Assembly (NCBI GenBank): GCA_963816355.1
Contig: CAWFKH010000001.1
Span: forward strand, 224,001-288,000
DNA: 64,000 nucleotides
DNA from: an uncultured Gemmatimonadales bacterium
GTDB lineage: Bacteria; Gemmatimonadota; Gemmatimonadetes; Longimicrobiales; RSA9
Direction of reading: 5' to 3'
Shown here: positions 37,759 to 47,539 of the stretch, one piece after another
Position numbering within the stretch: the stretch's first letter is position 1
Layout: every line of letters begins with the position of its first letter
Notes under the pieces: model-generated
What the model was told of the DNA's origin: nothing
The model's database searches: none
Seen by the model: only the letters and a program-made list of their open reading frames with translations
Translations under genes and position numbers: made by a program

Positions 37759-40224
37759 ATGGTCGGAATCGAGCCGAGAGAGCGCGTGCTGCAGCGATTC
37801 ATCGAGGAGGAGATGCGCGAGTCCTTCCTCGACTACTCGATGAGCGTGATCGTGCAGCGGGCCCTTCCTGACGTGAAGGACGGACTGAAGCCGGTGCACC
37901 GGCGCATCCTCCACGCGATGAACGGCCTGGGGCTCGGCCCCACGCGGCCGTACAAGAAGAGCGCGGCGGTGGTCGGCGAGGTGCTGGGGAAGTACCACCC
38001 GCACGGGGACACCGCGGTCTACGACACGCTCGTGCGCATGGTGCAGGACTTCTCGCTGCGCTACCCGCTGATCGACGGGCAGGGGAACTTCGGCTCGATC
38101 GACGGCGACAACGCCGCGGCGTACCGCTACACCGAGGCACGGCTCGAGCCGGTCGCGCTCTCGCTGCTGGAGGACATCGACAAGGACACGGTCGACTTCA
38201 TCCCCACCTTCGACAGCCAGCGGCAGGAGCCGGTCGTGTTGCCGGCGCGGCTGCCGAACCTGCTCGTGAACGGAAGCTCCGGCATCGCCGTGGGGATGAG
38301 CACCAACGTGCCCCCGCACAACCTGCGCGAGGTCGCGGCCGCGGTGCGGCTCCTTCTGGAGGAACCGGAGTGCACGCTCGACGACCTGATCGCTCTCGTG
38401 CCGGGTCCGGACTTCCCGACCGGCGGTCTGATCATCGGTCGAGAGGGGATCCGCGACGCGTACGCGAGCGGTCGCGGCCGCATCGTGATGCGGGGCCGGG
38501 TGCAGAAGGAGGCGCGGCGCGACGGCAAGGAGCAGCTCGTCGTGACGGAGCTGCCGTACGGCATCTCCAAGGCGCGCGTCGTGGAGCAGATCGCGGACCT
38601 CGTGCGGCACCGCAAGCTGGACCAGGTGAGCGACCTGCGCGACGAGTCGGACCGTGACGGCATGCGCATCGCCATCGAGCTGAAACGCGGCGCGAAGCCG
38701 AAGGAGGTTCTGCGCTACCTGTGCCGCCACACCTATCTGCAGGCGACTTTCGGCGCGATCATGCTGGCGCTCGACGAGGGCGTGCCGCACGAGTTCTCGC
38801 TCAAGCGGATGTTGGAGCGCTACCGGGACCACCGCCTCGACGTGATCCGCCGGCGCACCCGCCACGAGCTCGAGGAGGCGCGCAAGGAGGCGCACATCGC
38901 AGAAGGGCTGCTCGTCGCGCTCGACAACATCGACGAGGTGATCTTGCTCATCCGCCAGGCGCGCGAGCGCGAGAGCGCCGCGGCCGCGCTGCGCCAGCGC
39001 TTCGATCTGAGTGAGATCCAGGCGGGCGCGATCCTCGACATGCGGCTGGTCCGTCTCACGACGCTGGAGCAGTCGGAGCTGACGAAGCGGGTGGCCGAGC
39101 TGCGCGAGCGCATCGCCGAGCTCGAGCAGCTGCTGGCGGAGGAGCGACTGCAGCGGGAGCTGCTCCTGCGCGAGCTGGACGAGCTGGTCGAGCGCTTCGG
39201 CGACGCCCGCCGCACCACGATCCTCGACACGCAGCGCAACGACTACGCGATTCCGGACCTCGTGGCGCAGGAGGAGTGGGTGGTCGTCACCACCCACGAG
39301 GGGTTCATCAAGCGGATCCCCGTCGCGCTCTACCGGCGTCGCATGCAGAGCGGCAAGCCGCTGGCGGGAATGGAACGCTACGACCAGGACCATGTGGAGC
39401 GGCTGTTCATCGCGGACACGCACGACACGCTCATCGTCCTCGCGCAGGATGGAAAGGCCCACGCGCTGCCGGTGCTCGAGATCCCCGAGACGGGCCGGTC
39501 CAGCCGCGGCCGCGCGATCGCCCAGCTTCTCGATCTGGAGGACGACGTCCCCGCCGCCCTGCTCAGCGCGCCCGCCGACTTCCCCTCGGACCGCTTCCTC
39601 CTCTTCGCCACCGCCGCGGGGACGGTCAAGAAGACCTCGCTCGATCAGTTCTCGAACCTGCGCGCCGGCGGCATCACGGCGATCAAGGTGCGCGACGACG
39701 ACCGCATCGTCGACGTGCGGCTGACCGACGGCACCAGCGACGTCGTCCTCGTCACGGCGCAGGGGCGCGCGATCCGCTTCCCGGAGGAGGAAGTGCCGGC
39801 AATGGGGCGGGCGGCGCAGGGCGTGAAGGGGATCGGCCTGCGCCGAGGCGACCGCGTCGTCGCACTCCTCACCGCCCGGCGCGACGGCCAGCTATGCACG
39901 GTGACGCAGCGGGGCTACGTGCAGCGCTCGCCGGTCGAGGAGTTCTCGCTCCAGCGCCGCGGGGGGCTCGGCAGCGTCGCCATGAAGATCACGGCGGCGA
40001 CGGGTCCGGTGGTGACGGCGCGGGAGCTCTTCCCCGGCGAGGACCTGGTGGTGGTGACGGAAGGGGGCGAGCCCCGGGTCGTCGGCGCAGAAACGATGGC
40101 GGGCAAGGGCAAGAAGCCGACGCGCGTGGCGGAGCCGGAGGAAGGGCCCGTGGTGGCGGCGACGATCGCGGCGCCCGCAGCGGGCGCCGGTGCCGAGCAG
40201 CTCGACCTGATCCCCTCCGACTGA
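37759..40224 (+). CDS. type IIA topoisomerase subunit A (GyrA-like, probably topoisomerase IV ParC)
   Basis: [29 protein letters not shown] active Tyr, beta-pinwheel repeats; no GyrA-box in blade 1. Confidence 0.9.
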   Translation: MVGIEPRERVLQRFIEEEMRESFLDYSMSVIVQRALPDVKDGLKPVHRRILHAMNGLGLGPTRPYKKSAAVVGEVLGKYHPHGDTAVYDTLVRMVQDFSLRYPLIDGQGNFGSIDGDNAAAYRYTEARLEPVALSLLEDIDKDTVDFIPTFDSQRQEPVVLPARLPNLLVNGSSGIAVGMSTNVPPHNLREVAAAVRLLLEEPECTLDDLIALVPGPDFPTGGLIIGREGIRDAYASGRGRIVMRGRVQKEARRDGKEQLVVTELPYGISKARVVEQIADLVRHRKLDQVSDLRDESDRDGMRIAIELKRGAKPKEVLRYLCRHTYLQATFGAIMLALDEGVPHEFSLKRMLERYRDHRLDVIRRRTRHELEEARKEAHIAEGLLVALDNIDEVILLIRQARERESAAAALRQRFDLSEIQAGAILDMRLVRLTTLEQSELTKRVAELRERIAELEQLLAEERLQRELLLRELDELVERFGDARRTTILDTQRNDYAIPDLVAQEEWVVVTTHEGFIKRIPVALYRRRMQSGKPLAGMERYDQDHVERLFIADTHDTLIVLAQDGKAHALPVLEIPETGRSSRGRAIAQLLDLEDDVPAALLSAPADFPSDRFLLFATAAGTVKKTSLDQFSNLRAGGITAIKVRDDDRIVDVRLTDGTSDVVLVTAQGRAIRFPEEEVPAMGRAAQGVKGIGLRRGDRVVALLTARRDGQLCTVTQRGYVQRSPVEEFSLQRRGGLGSVAMKITAATGPVVTARELFPGEDLVVVTEGGEPRVVGAETMAGKGKKPTRVAEPEEGPVVAATIAAPAAGAGAEQLDLIPSD

Positions 40225-40241
40225 GCGTCGGCGGGCGCGCC

Positions 40242-40541
40242 TCAGATGCCCAGCGAGGCGCGGATGAGGGGATCGATCCGCTCCGGCGACCACGGCGGCT
40301 CGAAGGTGAGCTCGACCTCCGCGTCGCTGACGCCGTCGATGGCCGAGACGGCGGCGCGCGCGTCTTCGATGATCTGCGTCGCCGCGGGGCACATGGGCGA
40401 GGTCAGCGACAGGAGGACGCGCACCGAGCCGTCGTCCGCCACGTCGATGTCGTAGACAAGGCCGAGAACGACCACGTCCAGGTTCAGCTCGGGATCCTTC
40501 ACGCGCCGAAGCGCCTTGCGGATCGTCTTCTCGTCGACCAT
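40242..40541 (-). CDS. metal-sulfur cluster assembly factor (DUF59/SufT/MIP18)
   Basis: VKDPELNLDVVVLGLVYD, LTSPMCP, FEPPWSPE. Confidence 0.92.
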   Translation of the reverse strand: MVDEKTIRKALRRVKDPELNLDVVVLGLVYDIDVADDGSVRVLLSLTSPMCPAATQIIEDARAAVSAIDGVSDAEVELTFEPPWSPERIDPLIRASLGI

Positions 40542-40680
40542 TGAGGTTCCCTCTCAGCGATTCACGCGGCGTGCGCCGCTCCGGTGGGGCCGGCCCCGGT
40601 CGGCGGCGCGGCGTCGATGCGGGGCCAGGCTGATAAACCACAACCGCCCACGGGGTCCGAGGTACGGGGCGTGCGTCCGT

Positions 40681-40710
40681 TTGACACCCCGCCCGCGCAT
40701 GGGGTAGCCT
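40681..40710 (+). promoter_or_regulatory. sigma70-type promoter of selW-like/pfkA operon
   Basis: TTGACA-18 bp-TAGCCT. Confidence 0.6.
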
Positions 40711-40748
40711 GTTGCGGCGGTAGCTCTTCCTTGAACGGGAGCGGATCG

Positions 40749-40982
40749 ATGGCCGAGGGACCGAAGCGCATCAGCATCGAATATTGCGGCGTTTGAAACT
40801 ACGAGCCGCGGGCCTCCAGGTTGGAGGCGCAGCTCCGGGACGCGTTCCCGGGCACGGAGGTCGAGCTGAGCCGATCCAGCGGCGGCGTGTTCGAGGTGGT
40901 CGCCGACGGTGAGCTGATCTTCTCGAAGAAGGCGCTCGGGCGGCACGCGACCTGGGAAGAGATCTACGAGAAACTGAGGTGA
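40749..40982 (+). CDS. SelW/SelT/SelH (Rdx family) selenoprotein, CxxU motif, 77 aa
   Basis: MAEGPKRISIEYCGV-(TGA 40794-96)-NYEPRASRL...SSGGVFEVVADGELIFSKKALGRH; GGGAG RBS; GTGA overlap with pfkA. Confidence 0.92.
40803..40835 (+). promoter_or_regulatory. SECIS-like hairpin of Rdx selenoprotein
   Basis: GAGC..GCCUCCA-GGU-UGGAGGC..GCUC downstream of the UGA, with G in the apical loop. Confidence 0.75.
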
Positions 40983-42067
40983 ACATCCGCAAGATCGCGC
41001 TGAACACCGGTGGCGGCGATGCGCCGGGTCTGAACGCGGTGATCCGCGCCGTCGTCCTTGCCGGTACGCGCCAGGGCTGGGAGGTGTGGGGCATCCGGAA
41101 GGGGTACGGCGGACTGCTGGGAGAGGACGCGATTCTGCGGCTCGACCAGGACAGCGTCCGCGGCATCACGCACCTGGGCGGGACCATCCTCGGCACCACG
41201 AACCGCGGCAACCCGTTCGAATGGCCTTCCCGAGGGGCCAGCGGGGTGGAGGAAGGGGTCGATCGCTCGGACGAGGTCGTCGCCGAATTCCACCGTTACG
41301 GCTTCGACGCCCTGGTCGCGATCGGCGGCGACGGCTCGCTGCGCATCGCGAGCCGGCTCGCGGCCAAGGGGCTGCCGGTCGTCGGCGTGCCGAAGACGAT
41401 CGACAACGACCTCGCCTCCACGCAGGTGACCTTCGGCTTCCACACCGCCGTCCAGACCGCGACCAATGCGCTCGACAAGCTCGTCTCCACCGCCGAGAGT
41501 CACGAGCGCGTGATGGTCGTCGAGGTGATGGGCCGCAACACCGGATGGATCGCGCTCCATTCCGGCGTCAGCGCGAGCGCCGAAGTCGTGCTGCTGCCTG
41601 AGATCCCGTTCCGCATCGAGAGGATCTGCGAGAAGATCGAGGATCGCTACCGGCAGGGGCGGCGATTCGCGATCGTCGTCGTCGCCGAAGGCGCGGAGAT
41701 GCTCGGCGGCGCCGCGTTCGTGAAGGAGAGTGGCGGGCCCGGGCACGCCATGCGCTACGGCGGCATCGCCGAGTTCCTCGCCGCCGAGATCGCACGCCGG
41801 ACCGGCCGTGAGACCCGCTCGATCGTTCTCGGCCACCTGCAGCGCGGCGGCTCGCCCGTCTCCTACGACCGCCTCGTCGCACTTCGCTTCGGCGCCGCCG
41901 CCGTGCGCTGCGTCGCCGAGGAGCGCTTCGGCACCATGGTCGCGCTCGACCCGCCCGAGGTCCGGGCCGTCCCCCTCGAAGAAGCCGTCTCGCACATCAA
42001 ACGCGTGCCGCTCGACTCCGACACCGTCCTGACCGCGCGCGCGCTCGGAATCTCCTTCGGCGACTGA
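40979..42067 (+). CDS. pfkA: 6-phosphofructokinase
   Basis: GGGDAPGLN, GGDGS, PKTIDND, EVMGR, LGHLQRGG. Confidence 0.95.
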   Translation: MNIRKIALNTGGGDAPGLNAVIRAVVLAGTRQGWEVWGIRKGYGGLLGEDAILRLDQDSVRGITHLGGTILGTTNRGNPFEWPSRGASGVEEGVDRSDEVVAEFHRYGFDALVAIGGDGSLRIASRLAAKGLPVVGVPKTIDNDLASTQVTFGFHTAVQTATNALDKLVSTAESHERVMVVEVMGRNTGWIALHSGVSASAEVVLLPEIPFRIERICEKIEDRYRQGRRFAIVVVAEGAEMLGGAAFVKESGGPGHAMRYGGIAEFLAAEIARRTGRETRSIVLGHLQRGGSPVSYDRLVALRFGAAAVRCVAEERFGTMVALDPPEVRAVPLEEAVSHIKRVPLDSDTVLTARALGISFGD

Positions 42068-42113
42068 AGCCTCTCCCTCGGCGATCGAAGCCTCTCTTTC
42101 GGCGACCGAAGTC
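42051..42113. repeat. 21-bp tandem repeat x3, each a mini-hairpin, starting inside the pfkA 3' end
   Basis: TCTCCTTCGGCGACTGAAGCC / TCTCCCTCGGCGATCGAAGCC / TCTCTTTCGGCGACCGAAGTC. Confidence 0.8.
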
Positions 42114-42233
42114 TCAGCGACATTCGCCGCCCTCCACCGCCCCGTTTGAACGCGGACCCGCTCCCTGTGTATCTTCCCCGGTCGCGCGCCGGAGACCGCC
42201 CGGCGGGCCGCCCCCCATGAACCGCGAGGAATC

Positions 42234-44840
42234 TTGACGAAGAAGCCCGACACCGAGCGGTGCCGCTCCGCGACCGCCGCGGCGCTGGCCCTCGCCCTCG
42301 CCGCGCTGCCGGCGCTGCTTCCGTCGCCCGCCGCCGCCCAGGCCCAGCCCGCGGCGCGGGCCGCCGCCGGGCGAACCGCTCGCGCCACGGCCGCGTCCGC
42401 TCCACGCGCGGCCGACGCAGCGTCGCCGGGCGCCGCTTCGTCGCCGGGCGCCGCCGACGCGCCGTTCGAGTTGAGCGTCGCGTCCATCATGCGCGGCCCG
42501 GAGCTCGTGGGTGAAGCTCCGACGGCGGTGCGGTGGACCCCCGACAGCCGCTGGGTCTACTTCCGCTGGAAGCCGGGCGGCCGGCCGTGGTACGAGCCGC
42601 TGTCGCTCTACCGCGTCCGCGCCACCGGCGGAGAGCCGCGGAAGCTGAGCGACGCAGAGGCCGATTCGCTCGGCGTGCTCGTCGCGCGCGGCGACGATTC
42701 GCGTGACGGCCGCTGGCGCGTCGTCTCGCACGATGGCGACCTGTTTCTCGTCGATCGACGCTCGCTCGACGTCCGTCGTCTCACGGAGACGCGCGACGCC
42801 GAGCTGGGTCCGCTTTTTTCCCGCGACGGCGCCAGCGTCTACTTCGTGAGCTCCGAGAACCTCTTCGCGATCGACACGCGCGACGGTGCGGTGCGGCAGC
42901 TCACCGATTTCCGTCATGGCGCTTCAAGCGCCGAGGAGAAGGAGGCGAAGGGGCAGCGCGGCTTCCTGAAGGAGCAGCAGACGGAGCTCTTCGAGACGAT
43001 CCGCGTGCGGGAAGAGCGGGAGAAGCGGGAGAAGGAGCTCCGCGAGCAGCGGGAGAGGGAGGCGCCCCGCACCGTGCACGTCGCGGCGGACGAGCGTGTC
43101 GCGGACATCGCCGTGGAGCCGGGTGGGCGCTACGCCGCCGTCCTCGTCGTGCATCGGCCGAAGGGAGCTGAGAGCACGGTCGTGCCGGAGTGGGTGACGG
43201 AGTCCGGCTACGTCGAGACGATCCAGGGGCGGTCGAAGGTCGGTGACGAGCAGGGCGCCGCTCGCCTCGGTCTGGTGGACCTCTCCACCGGCGACGTGAA
43301 GTGGCTGAACCCGCCGACGCCGGGTGCGGCGCCGACGGCGGGCGGGGGGGAAGGCGGACGAGCCGCCGGCGCCGCCGGCGGTGCGGACACGGCCGCCGCC
43401 GGCGCGGACACGGCCGCCGCCGGTGCCCCGCGCTTCGCCCGTCTCTCCTTCCTCGGCTGGAACGACGCAGGGACGCAGGGTCTGGTGGGCGTCGTGTCGT
43501 TCGCCCACAAGGACGAGTGGCTGGAGGTGCTGGACGCCGCCAGCGGCGAGCTGCGACCGGTGATGCACGACCACGACGACGCCTGGATCGGCGGTCCCTG
43601 CGAGACGTGGGCGGACGACGCGTGCGCCGGCTGGCTGCCGGGGTCCGGCGGCTTCTGGTTCATCAGCGAGCGCGACGGCTGGTCGCACCTGTACCGCGCG
43701 GCCGCCGACGGCTCCGGGTTGAAGCAGCTGACGGACGGCCAGTGGGAGGTCCACGACGCCACGCTGTCGCGAGACCGGCGCACTTTTTACATGCACACGA
43801 CCGAGGCCTCGCCGTTCGGCCAGCAGCTCTACCGCATGGCGGTGGACGGCGGGAGCCGGGTCCGCCTCACGCAGCGCGTCGGACTCCACTCGGCGACCCT
43901 CTCACCCGACGGCGCGCGGCTGGCCGACGTCTACTCGTACGCGAACCAGCCGCCGGAGCTGTTCCTGCGGCAGAGCAAGCCGGGCGCGACGCCGGAGCGG
44001 GTGACGACGTCGCCCACCGCGCAATGGAGCAGCTACGCCTGGATCGTGCCGGACATCATCCGCATCCCCGCCCGCGACGGGGCGCAGGTTCCCGCCCGCA
44101 TCTACCGCCCGGCGGACGTGGGCGCGCAGGCGAACGGCGGGGCGGTGATCTTCGTGCACGGGGCGGGCTACCTCCACAACGTGCACAACGGCTGGTCGGA
44201 CTACTACCGCGAGTACATGTTCAACCACCTGCTCGCCTCGCACGGCTACGTGGTTCTCGACCTCGACTACCGCGGCTCCGCCGGCTACGGGCGGGACTGG
44301 CGCACCGCCATCTATCGTCACATGGGCGGAAAGGACCTGACCGACCAGGTGGACGCCGTGAAGTACCTGGTCGCGAACGAGGGCGTGCAGGGGCCCGAGC
44401 GCGTCGGCATCTACGGCGGGTCGTACGGCGGATTCATCACGCTCATGGCGCTCTTCACGGAGCCGGACTGGTTCGGGGCGGGGGCCGCCCTGCGCGCCGT
44501 GACGGACTGGGCCCACTACAACCACTGGTACACCAGCCGCATCCTGAACCTGCCCCAGGACGATTCCGTCGCTTACCGCCAGTCCTCGCCGATCTACTTC
44601 GCCGAAGGGCTGAAGGACCCGCTCCTCATCGCCCACGGCATGCAGGACACCAACGTCGAGTTCCAGGACGTGGTGCGCCTCTCGCAGAGGTTGATCGAGC
44701 TGAAGAAGACCGGGTGGCAGCTCGCCGTGTTCCCGGTCGAGAACCACGGCTTCGTCGAACCCACGTCGTGGACCGATGAATATCGCAGGATCCTCGACCT
44801 CTTCGACCGCACGGTGGGTCGCGCCGTCGCGAGCCGCTGA
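42234..44840 (+). CDS. S9 family (dipeptidyl-peptidase IV-like) secreted serine peptidase
   Basis: Signal peptide, beta-propeller region, GGSYGG nucleophile, HGMQDTNV, ENHGF. Confidence 0.93.
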   Translation: MTKKPDTERCRSATAAALALALAALPALLPSPAAAQAQPAARAAAGRTARATAASAPRAADAASPGAASSPGAADAPFELSVASIMRGPELVGEAPTAVRWTPDSRWVYFRWKPGGRPWYEPLSLYRVRATGGEPRKLSDAEADSLGVLVARGDDSRDGRWRVVSHDGDLFLVDRRSLDVRRLTETRDAELGPLFSRDGASVYFVSSENLFAIDTRDGAVRQLTDFRHGASSAEEKEAKGQRGFLKEQQTELFETIRVREEREKREKELREQREREAPRTVHVAADERVADIAVEPGGRYAAVLVVHRPKGAESTVVPEWVTESGYVETIQGRSKVGDEQGAARLGLVDLSTGDVKWLNPPTPGAAPTAGGGEGGRAAGAAGGADTAAAGADTAAAGAPRFARLSFLGWNDAGTQGLVGVVSFAHKDEWLEVLDAASGELRPVMHDHDDAWIGGPCETWADDACAGWLPGSGGFWFISERDGWSHLYRAAADGSGLKQLTDGQWEVHDATLSRDRRTFYMHTTEASPFGQQLYRMAVDGGSRVRLTQRVGLHSATLSPDGARLADVYSYANQPPELFLRQSKPGATPERVTTSPTAQWSSYAWIVPDIIRIPARDGAQVPARIYRPADVGAQANGGAVIFVHGAGYLHNVHNGWSDYYREYMFNHLLASHGYVVLDLDYRGSAGYGRDWRTAIYRHMGGKDLTDQVDAVKYLVANEGVQGPERVGIYGGSYGGFITLMALFTEPDWFGAGAALRAVTDWAHYNHWYTSRILNLPQDDSVAYRQSSPIYFAEGLKDPLLIAHGMQDTNVEFQDVVRLSQRLIELKKTGWQLAVFPVENHGFVEPTSWTDEYRRILDLFDRTVGRAVASR

Positions 44841-44848
44841 GGGAAGAA

Positions 44849-44887
44849 GACGGCGGGGCGCCCCGTCCACCGGGACGCCCCGCCGTC
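44849..44887. terminator. GC-rich hairpin between convergent genes
   Basis: GACGGCGGGGCG...CGCCCCGCCGTC with TTCTT tail on the minus strand. Confidence 0.65.
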
Positions 44888-44913
44888 GCTGCTCCGGCGC
44901 ACGCTCGACCGCG

Positions 44914-45579
44914 TCAACTGCTGCGGCGCCCCCCCAGGATGTGCGTCGCGTAGCCGTTTTCCGGATCGCGCCCGCGGTCCAGGATCCCGTCGACCGTTCC
45001 CGGCCCGCGGTTGTACGCAGTGAGGGCCAGCCGGAGGTCGCCGTCGTAGCGGTCGAGAAGATAGTGGAGGTAGCGGAATCCGAGCCGGAGGTTGGTGTCC
45101 GGGCGGAACAGGTCGCTGCGCGTCGTGCCCGGCTCCAGCCAACTGGCCGTGGACGGCAGCACCTGCGTCAGGCCGACCGCTCCCGCCGAGGAGACCGCCG
45201 TCCGTCGAAAGCTCGATTCGGTCTGCACCAATCGGAACGCGACGCGCGGGTGCACGCCCGCTTCCGTGGCCGCGCGGGTGATCCGGTCGGCGAGCTCGAG
45301 CGGGACCCCGTACTCGCCAGCCAGGTCCGCGGCCGCCCGCATCCGCGCGACCTCACTCCCCATGAGCCGCTGCCCCGCGGCCAGCCTGCCTTCCCGCGGG
45401 ATCGACCACGTCGCGGCTGGGCCGCCGGAGCGGACCGCTTCGCTGCCCGCTCCCGCCGCGTGCGCGCGCATGCCGCCGACTGCGGCCGGGCACGATAGCG
45501 CCAGCACGATCAGCGCGCGCGTAAACGGATGACGGCGCGCCTCGCCCTGCGCGCGCACCCGCGGTGACGACATCGCCAT
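44914..45579 (-). CDS. lytic transglycosylase (SLT domain)
   Basis: QTESSF catalytic Glu, GAVGLTQV, NLRLGFRYL, AYNRGPG. Confidence 0.92.
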   Translation of the reverse strand: MAMSSPRVRAQGEARRHPFTRALIVLALSCPAAVGGMRAHAAGAGSEAVRSGGPAATWSIPREGRLAAGQRLMGSEVARMRAAADLAGEYGVPLELADRITRAATEAGVHPRVAFRLVQTESSFRRTAVSSAGAVGLTQVLPSTASWLEPGTTRSDLFRPDTNLRLGFRYLHYLLDRYDGDLRLALTAYNRGPGTVDGILDRGRDPENGYATHILGGRRSS

Positions 45580-45661
45580 CGACGACCCCCGTCCGGGTTT
45601 CGCATGGTGAAACGGGACGGCTGCGGTACCCCTCCCGCTTCTGGCGGGTTCCCGCCCGCGA

Positions 45662-46003
45662 TCAGCGGGCGAGGCTCACCCGCACGGTGGAAGTCCGGCT
45701 CAGCGCCACGTCCCGCTGGATCGCATAGGTCCGGTCCTCGTCCGTCGCCGTGACGCGGATCGTCGTCCTCGCGGGCGAGGTGATGACGAACCGCTGCGTC
45801 GATCCCGCCTCGACGGTGCCGAGGAGCCGGGTGCCGGCGCCGTCGTCGTACGAGACGACGAGGGCATCCGGCTGCATGTTGACGACTTCCATCGTGAACG
45901 CGGGGCCCGGCTCGGACTGAACGGACACGGCACGGGAGCAGCCGGCGAGGACCGCGAGCAACGCGAGCGCGGCGGCGGTGGACGGCACCCTGGAATGGAT
46001 CAT
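45662..46003 (-). CDS. hypothetical lipoprotein
   Basis: LAG-C lipobox; GAAGGAG RBS. Confidence 0.75.
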   Translation of the reverse strand: MIHSRVPSTAAALALLAVLAGCSRAVSVQSEPGPAFTMEVVNMQPDALVVSYDDGAGTRLLGTVEAGSTQRFVITSPARTTIRVTATDEDRTYAIQRDVALSRTSTVRVSLAR

Positions 46004-46040
46004 CGGATCTCCTTCGTTGGAGTGCGTTTTCCGTCGGGAT

Positions 46041-46056
46041 TGCAACAGCCGCACCA
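46041..46056 (-). promoter_or_regulatory. possible sigma54 promoter for the lipoprotein gene
   Basis: Minus strand TGGTGCG-GCTG-TTGCA (GG-N10-GC). Confidence 0.45.
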
Positions 46057-46094
46057 GAACGCGCCGGACGGCGCTGGCGGCGCTCGGATCGGGC

Positions 46095-46517
46095 TCAGTC
46101 CGGGAAGGCGATCGCCCGGGCGGATTCGAAGGTGGGGGCCTCGCCGGTCATCAGCTCGATCATCGCCTCCATCTCGGCGCCGAGGCGCGTCGCGCGATCG
46201 AGGACGGTGAGGACGTGGCCGTAGTCGAAATAGGCGATCACGGCGGACTCCGCGCCGACGTGCTCCTCCAGGATGGACGCATCCATGCGATCCTGCAGGT
46301 ACTCGAGCACGGCGTTCAGCGCGCGGACGATCTTCTGCTGCTGGGCGTAGGTGGAAACGGTGATGTCGCCGGTGAGCCGTGGAACGAGCGCCTCGACCTC
46401 CGTCATCACTTCCGGGGGGGCCGCGATACCGCCGCCACCCGACGTTGAAATCACGCCTTCCGCTCCCGCCGTGAGAGCGTTCAGCTCCTCGAACGTGCAT
46501 CTGAGGATCACGGTCAC
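46095..46517 (-). CDS. hypothetical protein (140 aa)
   Basis: Purine-rich RBS, typical codon usage, acidic helical composition. Confidence 0.7.
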   Translation of the reverse strand: MTVILRCTFEELNALTAGAEGVISTSGGGGIAAPPEVMTEVEALVPRLTGDITVSTYAQQQKIVRALNAVLEYLQDRMDASILEEHVGAESAVIAYFDYGHVLTVLDRATRLGAEMEAMIELMTGEAPTFESARAIAFPD

Positions 46518-46780
46518 CTTCCCCTTCCGGAACGGCGGGCGCCATCACCCGGCCCCATCAGGAATATGCCGTTCCCATGGATCCGTTCCGCAAACGTCGT
46601 TCCCCGCATCGAGCGACCCGCGCCGCGGTGGCCGCGAAGTGCCCGAACTCCATGCCATCCTTACGAATCGGCGCATCCCCAGGTTCCGTTCCCGCCCCGT
46701 CCGCTGCGCCCCCGCTCGGACGCGCTTTCGCAACGCGCAACCTTTTTTTCCGTTACGACTTGCGGCCCGGCAGAAATCGC

Positions 46781-47539
46781 CTAGCGACGCATCAGCCAGT
46801 CGGCGATGAGGAGCCCCGCCACAACGTCGATCAGCGCGTGCGCCGCCATCGCGGGAATCACCGTTCCGGAGAGGACGACCGGCAGGGACAGCAGCATGCC
46901 GAGGATGCTCGCCCGTAGCACGCCCACAACACCCTGGTACGCGTGCATCATTCCGAACGCCACCGACGCGATCGCGGCGCCGAGCCAGAGGCTCCCGGCG
47001 GCGGCGCCCAGCGCGGGCAGCAGGAAGCCGCGGTATGCCAGCTCCTCCCCGACTCCGGCCGACAGCGAGAGCGCCACGAAGCCGAGCCGTTCCCCCGGTG
47101 TCCGGGGCAACACCAGGTCGACGACGGCGGTCTCCGTCGCCCCGAGGAGCCGCGCGAGGACGATGACGCCCACGCCCGCGCCGGTGAGCGCGCCGATCCA
47201 CGCCAGCACCACGACCGGATCGGGCGCCACGAGGCCGAGAAGGCGGGCGTCGAACCCGCTCGCGACGGCCGCCGCGAAGGAGAGCGCCGCGATCGTCCAG
47301 GTCACGGTGGCGGAGGAGACGTAGATCGCCCGTCGCGACGTGGAGGACGGATCGAGTGGGGCGGCGCCGGCGAAGCGAGCCTGGAGTAGCATGATCGCCG
47401 GCAGGGCGACGAGGAGCAGGACGCACGCGACGCGGGCCGGCCACGGCAGCACGTGCGTCGCGAGCCAGGCCGCGGTCGCGGCCGCGAGGGTGGTGCCGGC
47501 GAAGAGGAACCGCCGCCTCAGCGCGCGTGGCGTGCTCAT
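46781..47539 (-). CDS. CPBP (CAAX/Abi) family intramembrane metalloprotease
   Basis: GEELAYRG, FGMMHAYQG, AMAAHALID; ATGA overlap with upstream gene. Confidence 0.9.
   Translation of the reverse strand: MSTPRALRRRFLFAGTTLAAATAAWLATHVLPWPARVACVLLLVALPAIMLLQARFAGAAPLDPSSTSRRAIYVSSATVTWTIAALSFAAAVASGFDARLLGLVAPDPVVVLAWIGALTGAGVGVIVLARLLGATETAVVDLVLPRTPGERLGFVALSLSAGVGEELAYRGFLLPALGAAAGSLWLGAAIASVAFGMMHAYQGVVGVLRASILGMLLSLPVVLSGTVIPAMAAHALIDVVAGLLIADWLMRR

Noticed and set aside
36499..39462. 987-aa minus-strand ORF
   Set aside because: Antisense shadow of rmuC and the topoisomerase gene; long stop-free shadows are expected at this GC content and it has no recognisable motifs.
42051..42113. CRISPR-like reading of short repeats (also 1046-1135 and 8655-8772)
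   Set aside because: Units are directly adjacent with no unique spacers, and there are no cas genes.
43380..43426. 21-bp direct repeat (GADTAAA x2) inside the S9 peptidase
   Set aside because: In-frame expansion of a low-complexity linker; unremarkable.
46518..46780. Riboswitch or sigma54 promoter in this intergenic region
   Set aside because: No RNA family recognised, and the TGGCATG element lacks a correctly spaced -12 GC.
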